A DNA stretch of 64,000 bases from Coriobacteriia bacterium. GTDB taxonomy: Bacteria; Actinomycetota; Coriobacteriia; Anaerosomatales; SLCP01. The position numbers and the translations under genes are program-made. The notes under the pieces were generated by a model. That model searched no databases. It was not told the origin of the DNA and worked only from the letters and a program-made list of their open reading frames with translations. Location of the stretch: assembly GCA_014859265.1 (NCBI GenBank), contig JACUUN010000001.1, forward strand, positions 9,383-73,382, written 5' to 3'. Every line of letters starts with the position of its first letter. The stretch's first letter is position 1. Shown here piece after piece: positions 46,327 to 55,156 of this stretch.

Positions 46327-47115
46327 TCAGATCTCGAACTCGGTGCGCGACTCGGTACCCGCCAGGTGCAGCGTCTCGAGGATGCGGGAGCGCAGCGCGA
46401 AGAACTCCCCCGAACCGCGCACTCGCGGCCGGGAGAAGGTGACGTCTATCTGCTCGGCGATGCGTCCCGGACCGGGTGTCATGAGCACGATTCGGTCGGC
46501 GAGATAGATCGCCTCGTCGACATCGTGGGTGACGAAGAGCACGGTGCGCTCGTGTTCGCACCAGAGCCGCTCGAGCTCCTCCTGCATCCGCGCACGGTTG
46601 ATTGCGTCGACGGCGCCGAACGGTTCGTCCATCAGTAGTACGGCCGGGTCGACCGCGAGCGCGCGGGCGATGCTGACACGCTGGCGCATGCCGCCCGAGA
46701 GTTCGTGCGGATGCCATTCGGCGAATGCGCCGAGACCGACCGCGTCCAGCTCGGCTAGTGCCCGTGCACGCCGTTCGGCCGGCGGGACTCCCCTCACCTG
46801 CAGTCCGTACTCGACGTTGTCGCGAACGGTGCGCCAGGGGAACAGCCCGTAGTCCTGGAAGACGGTCACTGCGCCGGTCCCCGGGTCGGTGATCTCGGTC
46901 TCGCCAATCAAGACCCGGCCCGAGGTAGGCTGCTCGAATCCGCCTGCTATCGCGAGCAGCGTCGACTTGCCGCATCCGCTCGGTCCCACGAGGCAGACGA
47001 ACTCGCCGTCTGCCACGGAGAGTGTCACATCATGCACCGCGCGATGGGCCTGGCCGCTGCTCGTGCCGAACAGCTTCGTGACCGAATCGAACCGGATGCC
47101 GGGGCGGGCACTCAC
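46327..47115 (-). CDS. ABC transporter ATP-binding protein (NitT/TauT family)
   Basis: Walker A 'GPSGCGKST', signature 'LSGGMRQR' and Walker B 'LLMDEPF'. Confidence 0.9.
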   Translation of the reverse strand: MSARPGIRFDSVTKLFGTSSGQAHRAVHDVTLSVADGEFVCLVGPSGCGKSTLLAIAGGFEQPTSGRVLIGETEITDPGTGAVTVFQDYGLFPWRTVRDNVEYGLQVRGVPPAERRARALAELDAVGLGAFAEWHPHELSGGMRQRVSIARALAVDPAVLLMDEPFGAVDAINRARMQEELERLWCEHERTVLFVTHDVDEAIYLADRIVLMTPGPGRIAEQIDVTFSRPRVRGSGEFFALRSRILETLHLAGTESRTEFEI

Positions 47116-47870
47116 GCCGCACCTCCCCAGTGGCGGCGTACGCGCGCCTCGGCGAGGCGGAGTGCCCGGTCGATGCCCAGTCCCAGTGCCCCGATGATCA
47201 CTATGGCCACGAGCACGAGATCGGTGCGAAGCGAGTTGCGGGCATCGATAATGAGGTAGCCGAGCCCGTTGGTGACGCCGAGCATCTCGCCCGCCACGAT
47301 GAACACCCAGCTCGTGCCGACCGCGATGCGAAGTCCCACGGCAATTCCGGGCAGGGACGCCGGGAGGATGATACGAGCCACGGTGCCAGCTCGCGAATCA
47401 CCGAAGGTTCGCGCGACCTTGAGGTAGAGGGGATCGACTTCCCGGACGGCGCTGGTGGTGGTCAGTATCACCGGATAGACGGCGGCGGTGAACACGATTG
47501 CAATCGCAGGCAGCTCTCCGATGCCGAACCACAGCGTGAAGAGCGGGAACCATGCGATCGGCGAGATCGGACGCAGCACCTGGATAATCGGGTCGAATGC
47601 GCTTCTAGCATGCACGCTCAAGCCGAGCAGCAGGCCAAGGGGTACTCCGATGGCTATGCCGCCGAGGTAGCCGATGGCGAAACGCTGCAAGCTTGCGACG
47701 ATATGGCCGAACAGACGGCCCCCAGCCGCGGTCTCCACCGCACCGAGGACCACCGAACCGGGTGGCGGGAACAGCAGCGTCGACCCGACACGAGTAGCGG
47801 CCACGTGCCACGCGGTCACGAGGAGGGCGGTGGCAGCGAGTGGCAGGAGTATGCGGGCCGTGCGTGTCAC
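47112..47870 (-). CDS. ABC transporter permease (NitT/TauT family)
   Basis: Six TM segments. EAA-like loop 'KVARTFGDSRAGTVARIILPASLP'. 4-nt overlaps on both sides. Confidence 0.9.
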   Translation of the reverse strand: MTRTARILLPLAATALLVTAWHVAATRVGSTLLFPPPGSVVLGAVETAAGGRLFGHIVASLQRFAIGYLGGIAIGVPLGLLLGLSVHARSAFDPIIQVLRPISPIAWFPLFTLWFGIGELPAIAIVFTAAVYPVILTTTSAVREVDPLYLKVARTFGDSRAGTVARIILPASLPGIAVGLRIAVGTSWVFIVAGEMLGVTNGLGYLIIDARNSLRTDLVLVAIVIIGALGLGIDRALRLAEARVRRHWGGAA

Positions 47871-48865
47871 GGGGTCGCGTCCACCGCGAACGAATCATCG
47901 TAGAAGACATCTGCGGGCACCGAACCCTCGATCAGGTCGAGATCGATCAGGGCCTCGCGCAGCTCGTCGAGTTCGGCCAGCGTAGGCGTGAAGTCACGGT
48001 ACTCGATGCCGAGTTCGAACGAGGCGAGCCAGAGCTCGGGCCCGTACTGCGTGTAGGTCGCCGCCGTCTCGGCGGCTGCCTCACGGTCGGCGTCGATGCG
48101 CTCACCCGCCTCGGTCAGGGCGGCGACGAGCGCACTGACGGTCTCGGGGTCCTCGTCGGCAAACGAGCCGGTCACGACCAGTCCGCAGCACAGCCAGTCC
48201 GGCCAGAGATCCTCGGAGCGGTAAAGGTCGTAGCCGAAGCCCTCGGCGACCGCTCGTGCGCCGAATGGTTCGGCCACGATGTAGCCGGCGATCTCACCGC
48301 GTCCGAGCGCGGCGGGCATGTCGGGTGGAGGCATCTCGATCCACTCGACCTCGTCTGCGGAAAGCCCGGCATCGGCTAGCGCCCGCAGGAAGAGGATGTT
48401 GTGGCCGGACAGGCGGTGTGGGATGGCGAAGCGCTCACCGGCGAGTTCGGCGACCGAGCCGATGTCGTTGCGGACGACGAAGGCATCGCCGTTGCGGTGC
48501 GTAAGCGTGACGAGTCGCTGGTCAAGACCCTTCTCGACCGCGGCGAGCGCGATCTCGAGCATGGTGACCGCCCCGTCGATGGAGCCGGAGTTGAGCGCCT
48601 CGGTGAGTTCAGGCCACGATGCGAACGGCACGAGTTCGAGGGCCACCCCGTCGATTACACCACCGTTGTCGGCATCGGCGACGAGCAGCGGCGCGGAGTG
48701 CGTGATCGGCAGGTAGCCGATGCGGATGACTTCACGGCGGTCGGTGGCTGCGGGGATGTCGTTGTCGTCCGCGGTCGGTGTAGCCGTCGAGCAGCCTGCG
48801 ACGACGAAGGCGACTGCCAGTAGCGCAGCGAGCGCAATGGCGCGGAGCGCGATGCGGGATGTCAT
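47867..48865 (-). CDS. ABC transporter substrate-binding lipoprotein (NMT1/SsuA/TauA-like)
   Basis: Lipobox 'FVVAGCS'. 'IRIGYLPITHSAPLLVA' is typical of NitT/TauT-family binding proteins. I chose the start at ATG 48865, which has an AAGGAGGA RBS. Confidence 0.8.
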   Translation of the reverse strand: MTSRIALRAIALAALLAVAFVVAGCSTATPTADDNDIPAATDRREVIRIGYLPITHSAPLLVADADNGGVIDGVALELVPFASWPELTEALNSGSIDGAVTMLEIALAAVEKGLDQRLVTLTHRNGDAFVVRNDIGSVAELAGERFAIPHRLSGHNILFLRALADAGLSADEVEWIEMPPPDMPAALGRGEIAGYIVAEPFGARAVAEGFGYDLYRSEDLWPDWLCCGLVVTGSFADEDPETVSALVAALTEAGERIDADREAAAETAATYTQYGPELWLASFELGIEYRDFTPTLAELDELREALIDLDLIEGSVPADVFYDDSFAVDATP

Positions 48866-48951
48866 GTGCGGATCCTCCTTGATGGCATGGGTGTGTGGGA
48901 CGGGTCGGGAGGCGGTCATGCGGGCCGATGTGAGCGTCGCGGTCGGGCGGC

Positions 48952-50907
48952 TCACCCCCAACCCAACGCCTGGCGCTTGCGGTGCAGATGCATGAGCCCG
49001 GTCTGCGCGGCGCATGCGGGGTCAGTCTCGGTGTAGATCTTCGCGCCGACCAAGCTCAGCAGCCCGTCTCCCGCGAAGAACTCGGTGATGTCGTTGCGGC
49101 CGTCGAGCAGTTCGCCATCTGGTCCGATGCGGGGTACCGCGACGGGAATCTGCGCGGGAAAACCGGAGAGCACGCTGATCCCGTGAACGAGGAACGTCGC
49201 GCCCTGCCCCACAGTCTTCTCGTTGCCCGGCTCGGCGCCGACGAACAGATAGGGGAGCTCTGCCAGCGGCCGGTCGAGTTCCCCGGCGATGGCGATGAAC
49301 AGTCGCAAGCTGCGCACGTTGTCGACACAGCCGCCCACCGCAAGCACCGGAGGCACGCCGGCCTCCTCGAGCAGCTCGCGAAGTCCGGGAGGGGCGAGTT
49401 CGGCGGCTGCCGGGTCGCACAGGCCCGCGTTGAGCAGCGCGTGCGACGCGCACCCTGTCGTGGTCACGAGCACGCCAGCCTCGATCAGCCTCCGCGCGAT
49501 GCCCACATGTGCGCTCTCGTATGCGACCTTGGGCGTGTTGCATCCCACCACCGTCGCGACGCCGCGGATTCGGCCGTCGCGGACCGCATCGGCGAGCACG
49601 CTTGCGCCGCCGAACGCCCCAAGGATCGCCTCGTAGCCGAAGCCGCCCATCGCGGTAGTCACGCGCTCGGGAATCTCGATCTTGGAACGGTCGCGGGCTC
49701 CGAAGGCGGCGACCGCGGTACGGGCTACGCGCTCGGCATCGGCATCGAGGGTCTCCGGGCGCTCAGGATTAAACGGGATGTGAGTGGCTCCCGGTATGCG
49801 GTTCGAGATCGAAGTAGTGATGATCTCGGTGCCGAAGCAGTCCGCGACGATCTTGAGCCCGGGGATGACGCACTGCATGTCGACGATGACGGCGTCGACC
49901 GCACCGGTCCCGAGCGCGAGTTCCTGGCCCATGATGTTGGTGACGGTAGGGATGCCGTAGCGGGCGAGTAGCTCGTCACCGGTGCAGCACATGCCGCCCA
50001 GCACGATGCCCTCGGCGCCGGCCTCGCGTGCCAGTGCCTCGATCTCGGGTGAGCGCACCTTCTCGATGACCTTCTCGACCATCACCGGCGAGTGGCCGTG
50101 CAGAAGGACGTTCACGTGTCCGGGCTTGAGCACGCCGTAGTTCACCTCGGTGAGCCGGGGTGTGGGCACTCCGTAGAGCACCTCGGTCGCGAGCGAAGAG
50201 GTGTAGAGCGCGCCGTAGCAGTAGGCGAGTGCGCTGCGCAACTCCTGGCCGGCGAGCGCGGTCCAGTCCGAGCAAGCGCCGAGGGTCGTCATGTGCAAGC
50301 TCTCCATGCTCTCGTACGCGGCAGAGCGTGGAAGGATGTCGAGTTCCTCCCAGACCTTTCGGCGGTCGGAGGGAGCGAACGCTTCGAGGGTATTCATGGG
50401 GTCGGCGGTCATCCGGCCGATGTCATCGAGCAGGGCTTGTGCGACAGCGCGCACCACACCGTCATCACCCAGGCCGTCGGTATCGATGTGGAACCGATCC
50501 GCGAGGTCGAGGGCGTGCTCTCGCCCCTTGAGCATGATGGTTGCCGTGCCCTCGGCGGTCGCTCTGAGTGCGAGCACGACCTCGTGGGCATGGCGGGCGT
50601 GTGCGGACATGCCCGCGGCGAGCTGCCGGACGATAGTGGCCATGACGACCTGGTTCATGTCGCGCCCGCACACGCCGCGCGGCGCCTTGCCGGAAATGCG
50701 GCACGGTCCCCACTGGCACATGCGGCAGCAGGTACCGCGCAGCCCCGAGGGGCACTGTGGCTGCTGCGCTGCGAAGCGGTCGAACACGGTCTCGCAGCCC
50801 GCGTCTTCGAGCCGGTCGATCAGCTGGACCGTCGCCGGGTTAGGAGTAAGGGCGCGGACATCGGCCTTGTCGGGTATGGGCTGGTTGAGGTGACGGTTGA
50901 AGCGCAT
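48952..50907 (-). CDS. cooS: Anaerobic Ni-dependent carbon-monoxide dehydrogenase catalytic subunit
   Basis: N-terminal B/D-cluster motif 'C..GLRGTCCRMCQWGPCRI....GVCG'. C-cluster ligand contexts 'LLHGHSP', 'GGMCCTG', 'VDMQCVIP', 'VVGCNTP', 'TTGCASH' and 'VGGCVDN' are all present. Confidence 0.9.
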   Translation of the reverse strand: MRFNRHLNQPIPDKADVRALTPNPATVQLIDRLEDAGCETVFDRFAAQQPQCPSGLRGTCCRMCQWGPCRISGKAPRGVCGRDMNQVVMATIVRQLAAGMSAHARHAHEVVLALRATAEGTATIMLKGREHALDLADRFHIDTDGLGDDGVVRAVAQALLDDIGRMTADPMNTLEAFAPSDRRKVWEELDILPRSAAYESMESLHMTTLGACSDWTALAGQELRSALAYCYGALYTSSLATEVLYGVPTPRLTEVNYGVLKPGHVNVLLHGHSPVMVEKVIEKVRSPEIEALAREAGAEGIVLGGMCCTGDELLARYGIPTVTNIMGQELALGTGAVDAVIVDMQCVIPGLKIVADCFGTEIITTSISNRIPGATHIPFNPERPETLDADAERVARTAVAAFGARDRSKIEIPERVTTAMGGFGYEAILGAFGGASVLADAVRDGRIRGVATVVGCNTPKVAYESAHVGIARRLIEAGVLVTTTGCASHALLNAGLCDPAAAELAPPGLRELLEEAGVPPVLAVGGCVDNVRSLRLFIAIAGELDRPLAELPYLFVGAEPGNEKTVGQGATFLVHGISVLSGFPAQIPVAVPRIGPDGELLDGRNDITEFFAGDGLLSLVGAKIYTETDPACAAQTGLMHLHRKRQALGWG

Positions 50908-50936
50908 CGCGGGCTACTCCTCTGTATGATCTGCCG

Positions 50937-51881
50937 CTAGGCGGTCTCGGCCGTCTCGGTAGCGAATAGCCCGGTCGACAGGTAGCGCTCACCGGTGTCC
51001 GGAAGCACGACGACGATCAGCTTGCCGACATTCTCCTCGCGTGCGGCAACCTGAAGCGCTGCCGCTGTGGCGGCACCCGATGAGATTCCAGCGAAGATGG
51101 CCTCGTCGCGCGCGAGACTTCGGGCCGCCTCGGCCGCGTCCGCTGCGGTCACGGTCACGACCTCGTCGATCAGGTGCACGTCCAGCACCTCGGGCACGAA
51201 TCCCGCGCCAATCCCCTGGATCCGGTGCGGCCCCGGCTGTCCGCCGGAGAGGACGGGGGACTCGGCGGGTTCGACGGCGACCGCGCGGAATGAGGACTTG
51301 CGCTCCTTGAGAACGCTCGCGACCCCGGTGAGGGTCCCGCCGGTGCCCACGCCTGAGACGAGGATGTCGACGGCCCCGTCGGTATCGGCCCAGATCTCCT
51401 CGGCGGTCGTGATGCGGTGGACCTCCGGGTTTGCCGGGTTCGCGAACTGCTGGGGGATGAACGAGTCCGGCTTCTCGGCAGCGAGTTGCTTGGCTCGTGC
51501 CATCGCGCCCTTCATGCCCTCAGGCCCCGCAGTGAGCACGAGTGTGGCGCCGAACGCGGCCATGACCTGTCGGCGCTCCACGCTCATCGTCTCGGGCATG
51601 ACGAGTGTGAGCCGGTGTCCGCGGGCCGCTGCGACCATCGCCAGACCGATGCCCGTGTTGCCGCTGGTGGGCTCGATGATCTCGGTGTCGGGACCGATGA
51701 GGCCGTCGCGCTCAGCGGCATCGATCATCGCGAGCGCGATGCGGTCCTTGACCGAGCCCATCGGGTTGAAGGATTCGAGTTTGGCTACCACGCGGGCGGG
51801 CAGGCCTGCTGCGAGATTGCGGAGCTCGACGAGGGGAGTCCCGCCGATGGCTCCTGTGATGTCGTGGTGGATGCGGCTCAT
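50937..51881 (-). CDS. cysK: Cysteine synthase A (O-acetylserine sulfhydrylase)
   Basis: '[11 protein letters not shown]', '[16 protein letters not shown]' (PLP Lys) and '[12 protein letters not shown]'. I chose the start at ATG 51881, which has a GGAGG RBS. Confidence 0.95.
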   Translation of the reverse strand: MSRIHHDITGAIGGTPLVELRNLAAGLPARVVAKLESFNPMGSVKDRIALAMIDAAERDGLIGPDTEIIEPTSGNTGIGLAMVAAARGHRLTLVMPETMSVERRQVMAAFGATLVLTAGPEGMKGAMARAKQLAAEKPDSFIPQQFANPANPEVHRITTAEEIWADTDGAVDILVSGVGTGGTLTGVASVLKERKSSFRAVAVEPAESPVLSGGQPGPHRIQGIGAGFVPEVLDVHLIDEVVTVTAADAAEAARSLARDEAIFAGISSGAATAAALQVAAREENVGKLIVVVLPDTGERYLSTGLFATETAETA

Positions 51882-51900
51882 GAAGCACCTCCGAATTAAA

Positions 51901-51919
51901 ACGCATGACAACCATGCGT
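51901..51919 (-). promoter_or_regulatory. Short hairpin plus U-run in the cysK 5' leader (possible attenuator or stabiliser)
   Basis: Minus strand reads ACGCATG-gttgt-CATGCGT followed by TTTTAATT, immediately before the GGAGG RBS. Confidence 0.35.
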
Positions 51920-51939
51920 ATAGTGCGAGTATTGACCCG

Positions 51940-51968
51940 AGTATACGGAGGAGGCGAGCGTGGGGCAA
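51940..51968 (-). promoter_or_regulatory. Candidate cysK promoter (TTGCCC-17-TATACT)
   Basis: Minus strand: -35 at 51968-51963 and -10 at 51945-51940. This is the same hexamer pair style as the promoter at 18895. Confidence 0.45.
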
Positions 51969-52165
51969 GGTCCGAAGCCGCACGTTATATATGCGGGATA
52001 GTCGGCGGTTCAGCCGGACATTCTCGGGTGGGCTGGGCTCTTTGCCTGCGGCAGGCCTCAAGTCCGACTTCCCACACGCCGATACTCCCGATGTCAGGAC
52101 AGGTGTACTCCTGACTGAAAGCGGCCCCCGTGGCGCCCCTCCACTAGGTGGGCCGCTCCTCAGAC

Positions 52166-52196
52166 GGGTCCCGGCATGAGACCATGGCCGGGACCC
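52166..52196 (-). terminator. GC-rich palindromic stem-loop after pmbA
   Basis: GGGTCCCGGC (52166-52175) pairs with GCCGGGACCC (52187-52196) around an 11-nt loop, 42 nt past the pmbA stop. There is no T-tract. Confidence 0.55.
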
Positions 52197-52237
52197 GCGT
52201 CGTTGTGCACAGGCGCCCCGGCGGACCCCGTCGATCG

Positions 52238-53581
52238 TCAGCCGGTCTGTCCCGTGAACTCCCAGGTGTCGATCAGCAGTCCGGGCACGAGCACCGATCC
52301 GAGCATCACGTCGAAGAACGCCCGCTCTCGCGTCACCGCCCTCACAGCGTTCAGTGCCGCGACTGCTCCCTGCGTGAAGCGCTGGTTCTTGAGCGGCGCG
52401 GTGAGCGCGCCGTCCTCGATGAGAAACGTGCCGTCACGGGTCATGCCCGTGAGCGTGGCTGGGACCGGGTCCTCGACGTTCACGTAGTGGAAGCGGCTGA
52501 CGTACACGCCGCGCTCGACCGAGCCGATGAGCTCGTCGATCGTCGCGTCACCGGGGTCCATCTTCAGGTCGAGGGCCATCGGCCCGTAAGGGTTCGGTGC
52601 GGGAAGCGCGTGCCCGGTGTTCTCACGTCCGGTGCGGGCGCCCCAGTATGAGTCCGTCACGACGTCCGTCGCCACCCCGTTCTCGATGATCGGCACGCGC
52701 CGCTTCGGCATGCCCTCGAAGTCGAAGGTGAGTCCGAAAGCCTCGGGCGCGAGCGCATCGTCGCTGATGTTCACGAGTTCGGACATGATGCGCTCACCGA
52801 GGCGCCCGCTCATGAAGGAGCGGCCCTCCTCGAAGGCGCGCGTCGAGAAACCGAGATAGCCGAGGAAGTCGACGATGTCGGCGACGGCCTCAGGCGCAAG
52901 CACCACTGTGTATGCGCCCGGTTCGAGGTCGGTGGGGTACTCCGAGCGCTGTGCGAGAGTCGCGGCCTCGTCGCCGAGTGTGTCCGCTGCGAGCTTCGCC
53001 GGATCGGGCCCGTGGTAAGAGGCCCAGCCCGAGCCGCCACGGTCGGTGCGCGCAAGCACCGTCGCCCGGACCGAGGTCGTCTCCATCCCGACGTCGACCC
53101 CGAGCGAGTTGCCGACGGCGACCGTCTGAAGGGTGGAGGCCACGCCTCCGGCGGCCTTGATGAGCCGCGAAGAACACTGTTGCACGATTGCGTGCACCGC
53201 CTCCGCGCGGCGGTCGGGGCCGAACTCTCCAGCGGCAGCCGCAGCGCGTGCGGGCGTGTCAACCGGCTCCGGCGCGGGAAGTCCGGGGAAGTTCGGGTCG
53301 GCGGGGGCCGCCGAGGCAGCGGTCACCGCAGCGGCGCAGCACGCGGAGAGCGACTCGTCGTCGAGCCGGTTGGTCGAGGCCACGCCCTGCCGGTCGCCGA
53401 GGACCGCTCGAACCGACACACGCGCATCGGCCTCGGTGACATTCTGGTGGATGCGGTTCTCCGCGAAGCGGGTGAGCGAGTCCTCGTGCGAGGTGACGAG
53501 CGCCTCGGCGGCGTCCGCTTCCGTGAGCGCGACGACGCGTGCGGCGAGCTCGCGTGCCTGCGCGGTCGTGAGCCTGCTCAT
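52238..53581 (-). CDS. pmbA: TldD/PmbA-family metallopeptidase (PmbA/TldE-like)
   Basis: '[13 protein letters not shown]' and 'VSRFHYVN' family motifs. ATGA overlap with tldD. Confidence 0.85.
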   Translation of the reverse strand: MSRLTTAQARELAARVVALTEADAAEALVTSHEDSLTRFAENRIHQNVTEADARVSVRAVLGDRQGVASTNRLDDESLSACCAAAVTAASAAPADPNFPGLPAPEPVDTPARAAAAAGEFGPDRRAEAVHAIVQQCSSRLIKAAGGVASTLQTVAVGNSLGVDVGMETTSVRATVLARTDRGGSGWASYHGPDPAKLAADTLGDEAATLAQRSEYPTDLEPGAYTVVLAPEAVADIVDFLGYLGFSTRAFEEGRSFMSGRLGERIMSELVNISDDALAPEAFGLTFDFEGMPKRRVPIIENGVATDVVTDSYWGARTGRENTGHALPAPNPYGPMALDLKMDPGDATIDELIGSVERGVYVSRFHYVNVEDPVPATLTGMTRDGTFLIEDGALTAPLKNQRFTQGAVAALNAVRAVTRERAFFDVMLGSVLVPGLLIDTWEFTGQTG

Positions 53582-55020
53582 CGTCCCACCCCCACCCTCA
53601 CGCCGCGGAACCGGGCCGGAGAGGCTCCGTGGGCGACGTGCGCGATCTGCACCGGCTCGCCCTTGCCACAGTTGGGCAACCCCCAGACCTGCCAGTGGTC
53701 CTGCGAGCACACCGCGTCGCACGAGTTCCAGAACTTCGGCGTGATGCCGGTGTAGTTCGGGTTCTTCACCATCCGGGTACGCTTCCCGTTGTTGATTTCC
53801 CACCCGATTTCGCAGGCGAACTGGAAGTTCAGCCGTTTGTCATCGATTGACCAGGAGTTGTTGGTCTCCATGTAGAGGCCATCGTCGGTGTCGGCCATAA
53901 GATCGTCGAACGACCAGTCGCCGGGCTCGAGCGAAACCGTCGTCATGCGGATCAGCGGGATGCGATTCCAGCCGTCAGCGCGCATGCAGCCGTTGCTCGT
54001 ACGCGAGATAGAGCGAGCGCTCTCGCGCGACGTAAGAAAGCCGGTAAGCGTGCCGCGTGTGATGAGGCGGTCGCGTTGCGCGGGCACGCCTTCGTCATCG
54101 AAACCGAAGCTACCGATGGAGCCGGCCACGGTCGCGTCTGCAGTCACCGTCACGTGTTCGGAGCCGTATCTTAGCTGGCCGAGGTCGGTCACGCCGAGAA
54201 AGGACGTTCCCGCGAATGCCGCCTCGTCGCCGAGCACCCGGTCGAGTTCGGCAGGGTGGCCGATGGACTCGTGTACCTGCAGGCCCAGCTGGCTGCCGTC
54301 GATGATGAGGTCGGTCACACCCGAGGGGCACGGGGCCGCGGTGAGAAGTGCGGCAGCCTCTTCGGCGACACGTGGTGCGTGTCCCACGAGGTCGAACCCG
54401 CGGATAACCTCGAAGCCTCCCTGAAGCCAGTTGCCGCCGTGTGAATTGGGGTAGGAGCGGGTGAGCACCTCACCTTCGGCGATGGCGAGCGCCGAGATGC
54501 CACCACCCGACTCGGTGTGACCCTGCTCGATGTAGCTGCCCTCTGACGACCCGAAGTACTTGTGCACGCGGTAGAAGCCGAGGTGCGCCTTCGTGAGTTT
54601 GACGGCCTTCTCGGCGCGCATCGCCCCATCCGCTTCGAGGAGCAGGGCGATCTTGTCCTCGAGCGAGACGGAGAACGGGTCGATCCCGCACGGGGCGTCC
54701 CACCGGGTGTCGTATGCCTCTACCTCGGCGAGGCTGATCGGAGCGCCGGCCACGAGTGCGCTCGCCCGGGCGATGGCCACCGCCTGCTGTCCGAGTCGCT
54801 CGGCGGACTCTATGGTGACCTCGGCCGAGGATGCGAATCCCCACGACCCGTCGACGATGGCCCGGACCCCGATGCCGAAGGAGTCGCCGGATTCGATGGC
54901 CTCGACGCGGCCATCGGCGACGGAAACCTTCTCTTCCCGGGACTCGACGACCCTCGCGTCTGCGTAGCGTGCGCCCTTGACGAGAGCAGCATTGATAGCG
55001 GCGAACACCAGGTCGCGCAT
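53578..55020 (-). CDS. tldD: TldD-family metallopeptidase
   Basis: 'GARYADARVV', 'VHESIGHPAELD' (HExxxH) and 'SIDDKRLNFQF'. I chose the start at ATG 55020. Confidence 0.9.
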   Translation of the reverse strand: MRDLVFAAINAALVKGARYADARVVESREEKVSVADGRVEAIESGDSFGIGVRAIVDGSWGFASSAEVTIESAERLGQQAVAIARASALVAGAPISLAEVEAYDTRWDAPCGIDPFSVSLEDKIALLLEADGAMRAEKAVKLTKAHLGFYRVHKYFGSSEGSYIEQGHTESGGGISALAIAEGEVLTRSYPNSHGGNWLQGGFEVIRGFDLVGHAPRVAEEAAALLTAAPCPSGVTDLIIDGSQLGLQVHESIGHPAELDRVLGDEAAFAGTSFLGVTDLGQLRYGSEHVTVTADATVAGSIGSFGFDDEGVPAQRDRLITRGTLTGFLTSRESARSISRTSNGCMRADGWNRIPLIRMTTVSLEPGDWSFDDLMADTDDGLYMETNNSWSIDDKRLNFQFACEIGWEINNGKRTRMVKNPNYTGITPKFWNSCDAVCSQDHWQVWGLPNCGKGEPVQIAHVAHGASPARFRGVRVGVGR

Positions 55021-55156
55021 TCGACCTTCCCCCTTCGTAGCGTGACGCCCCCCAGCGCCCCGCGTTTGCCGCGCGTTCACGAACTCACATGCACGGTAGA
55101 ATGACGATACCAGAGCGGGTGGTGCTCCGACACCCGCAAGCGGTGCCGGATGCGGT

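Noticed and set aside
51882-52165. SAM (S-box/SAM-IV) or T-box riboswitch in the cysK leader.
   Set aside because: There is no S-box core (GAGGGA..GGCCC..GGUGCCAA) and no T-box sequence (AAUUAGGGUGGUACCGCG-like). A good promoter lies only about 60 nt upstream of the start codon, which leaves too little leader.
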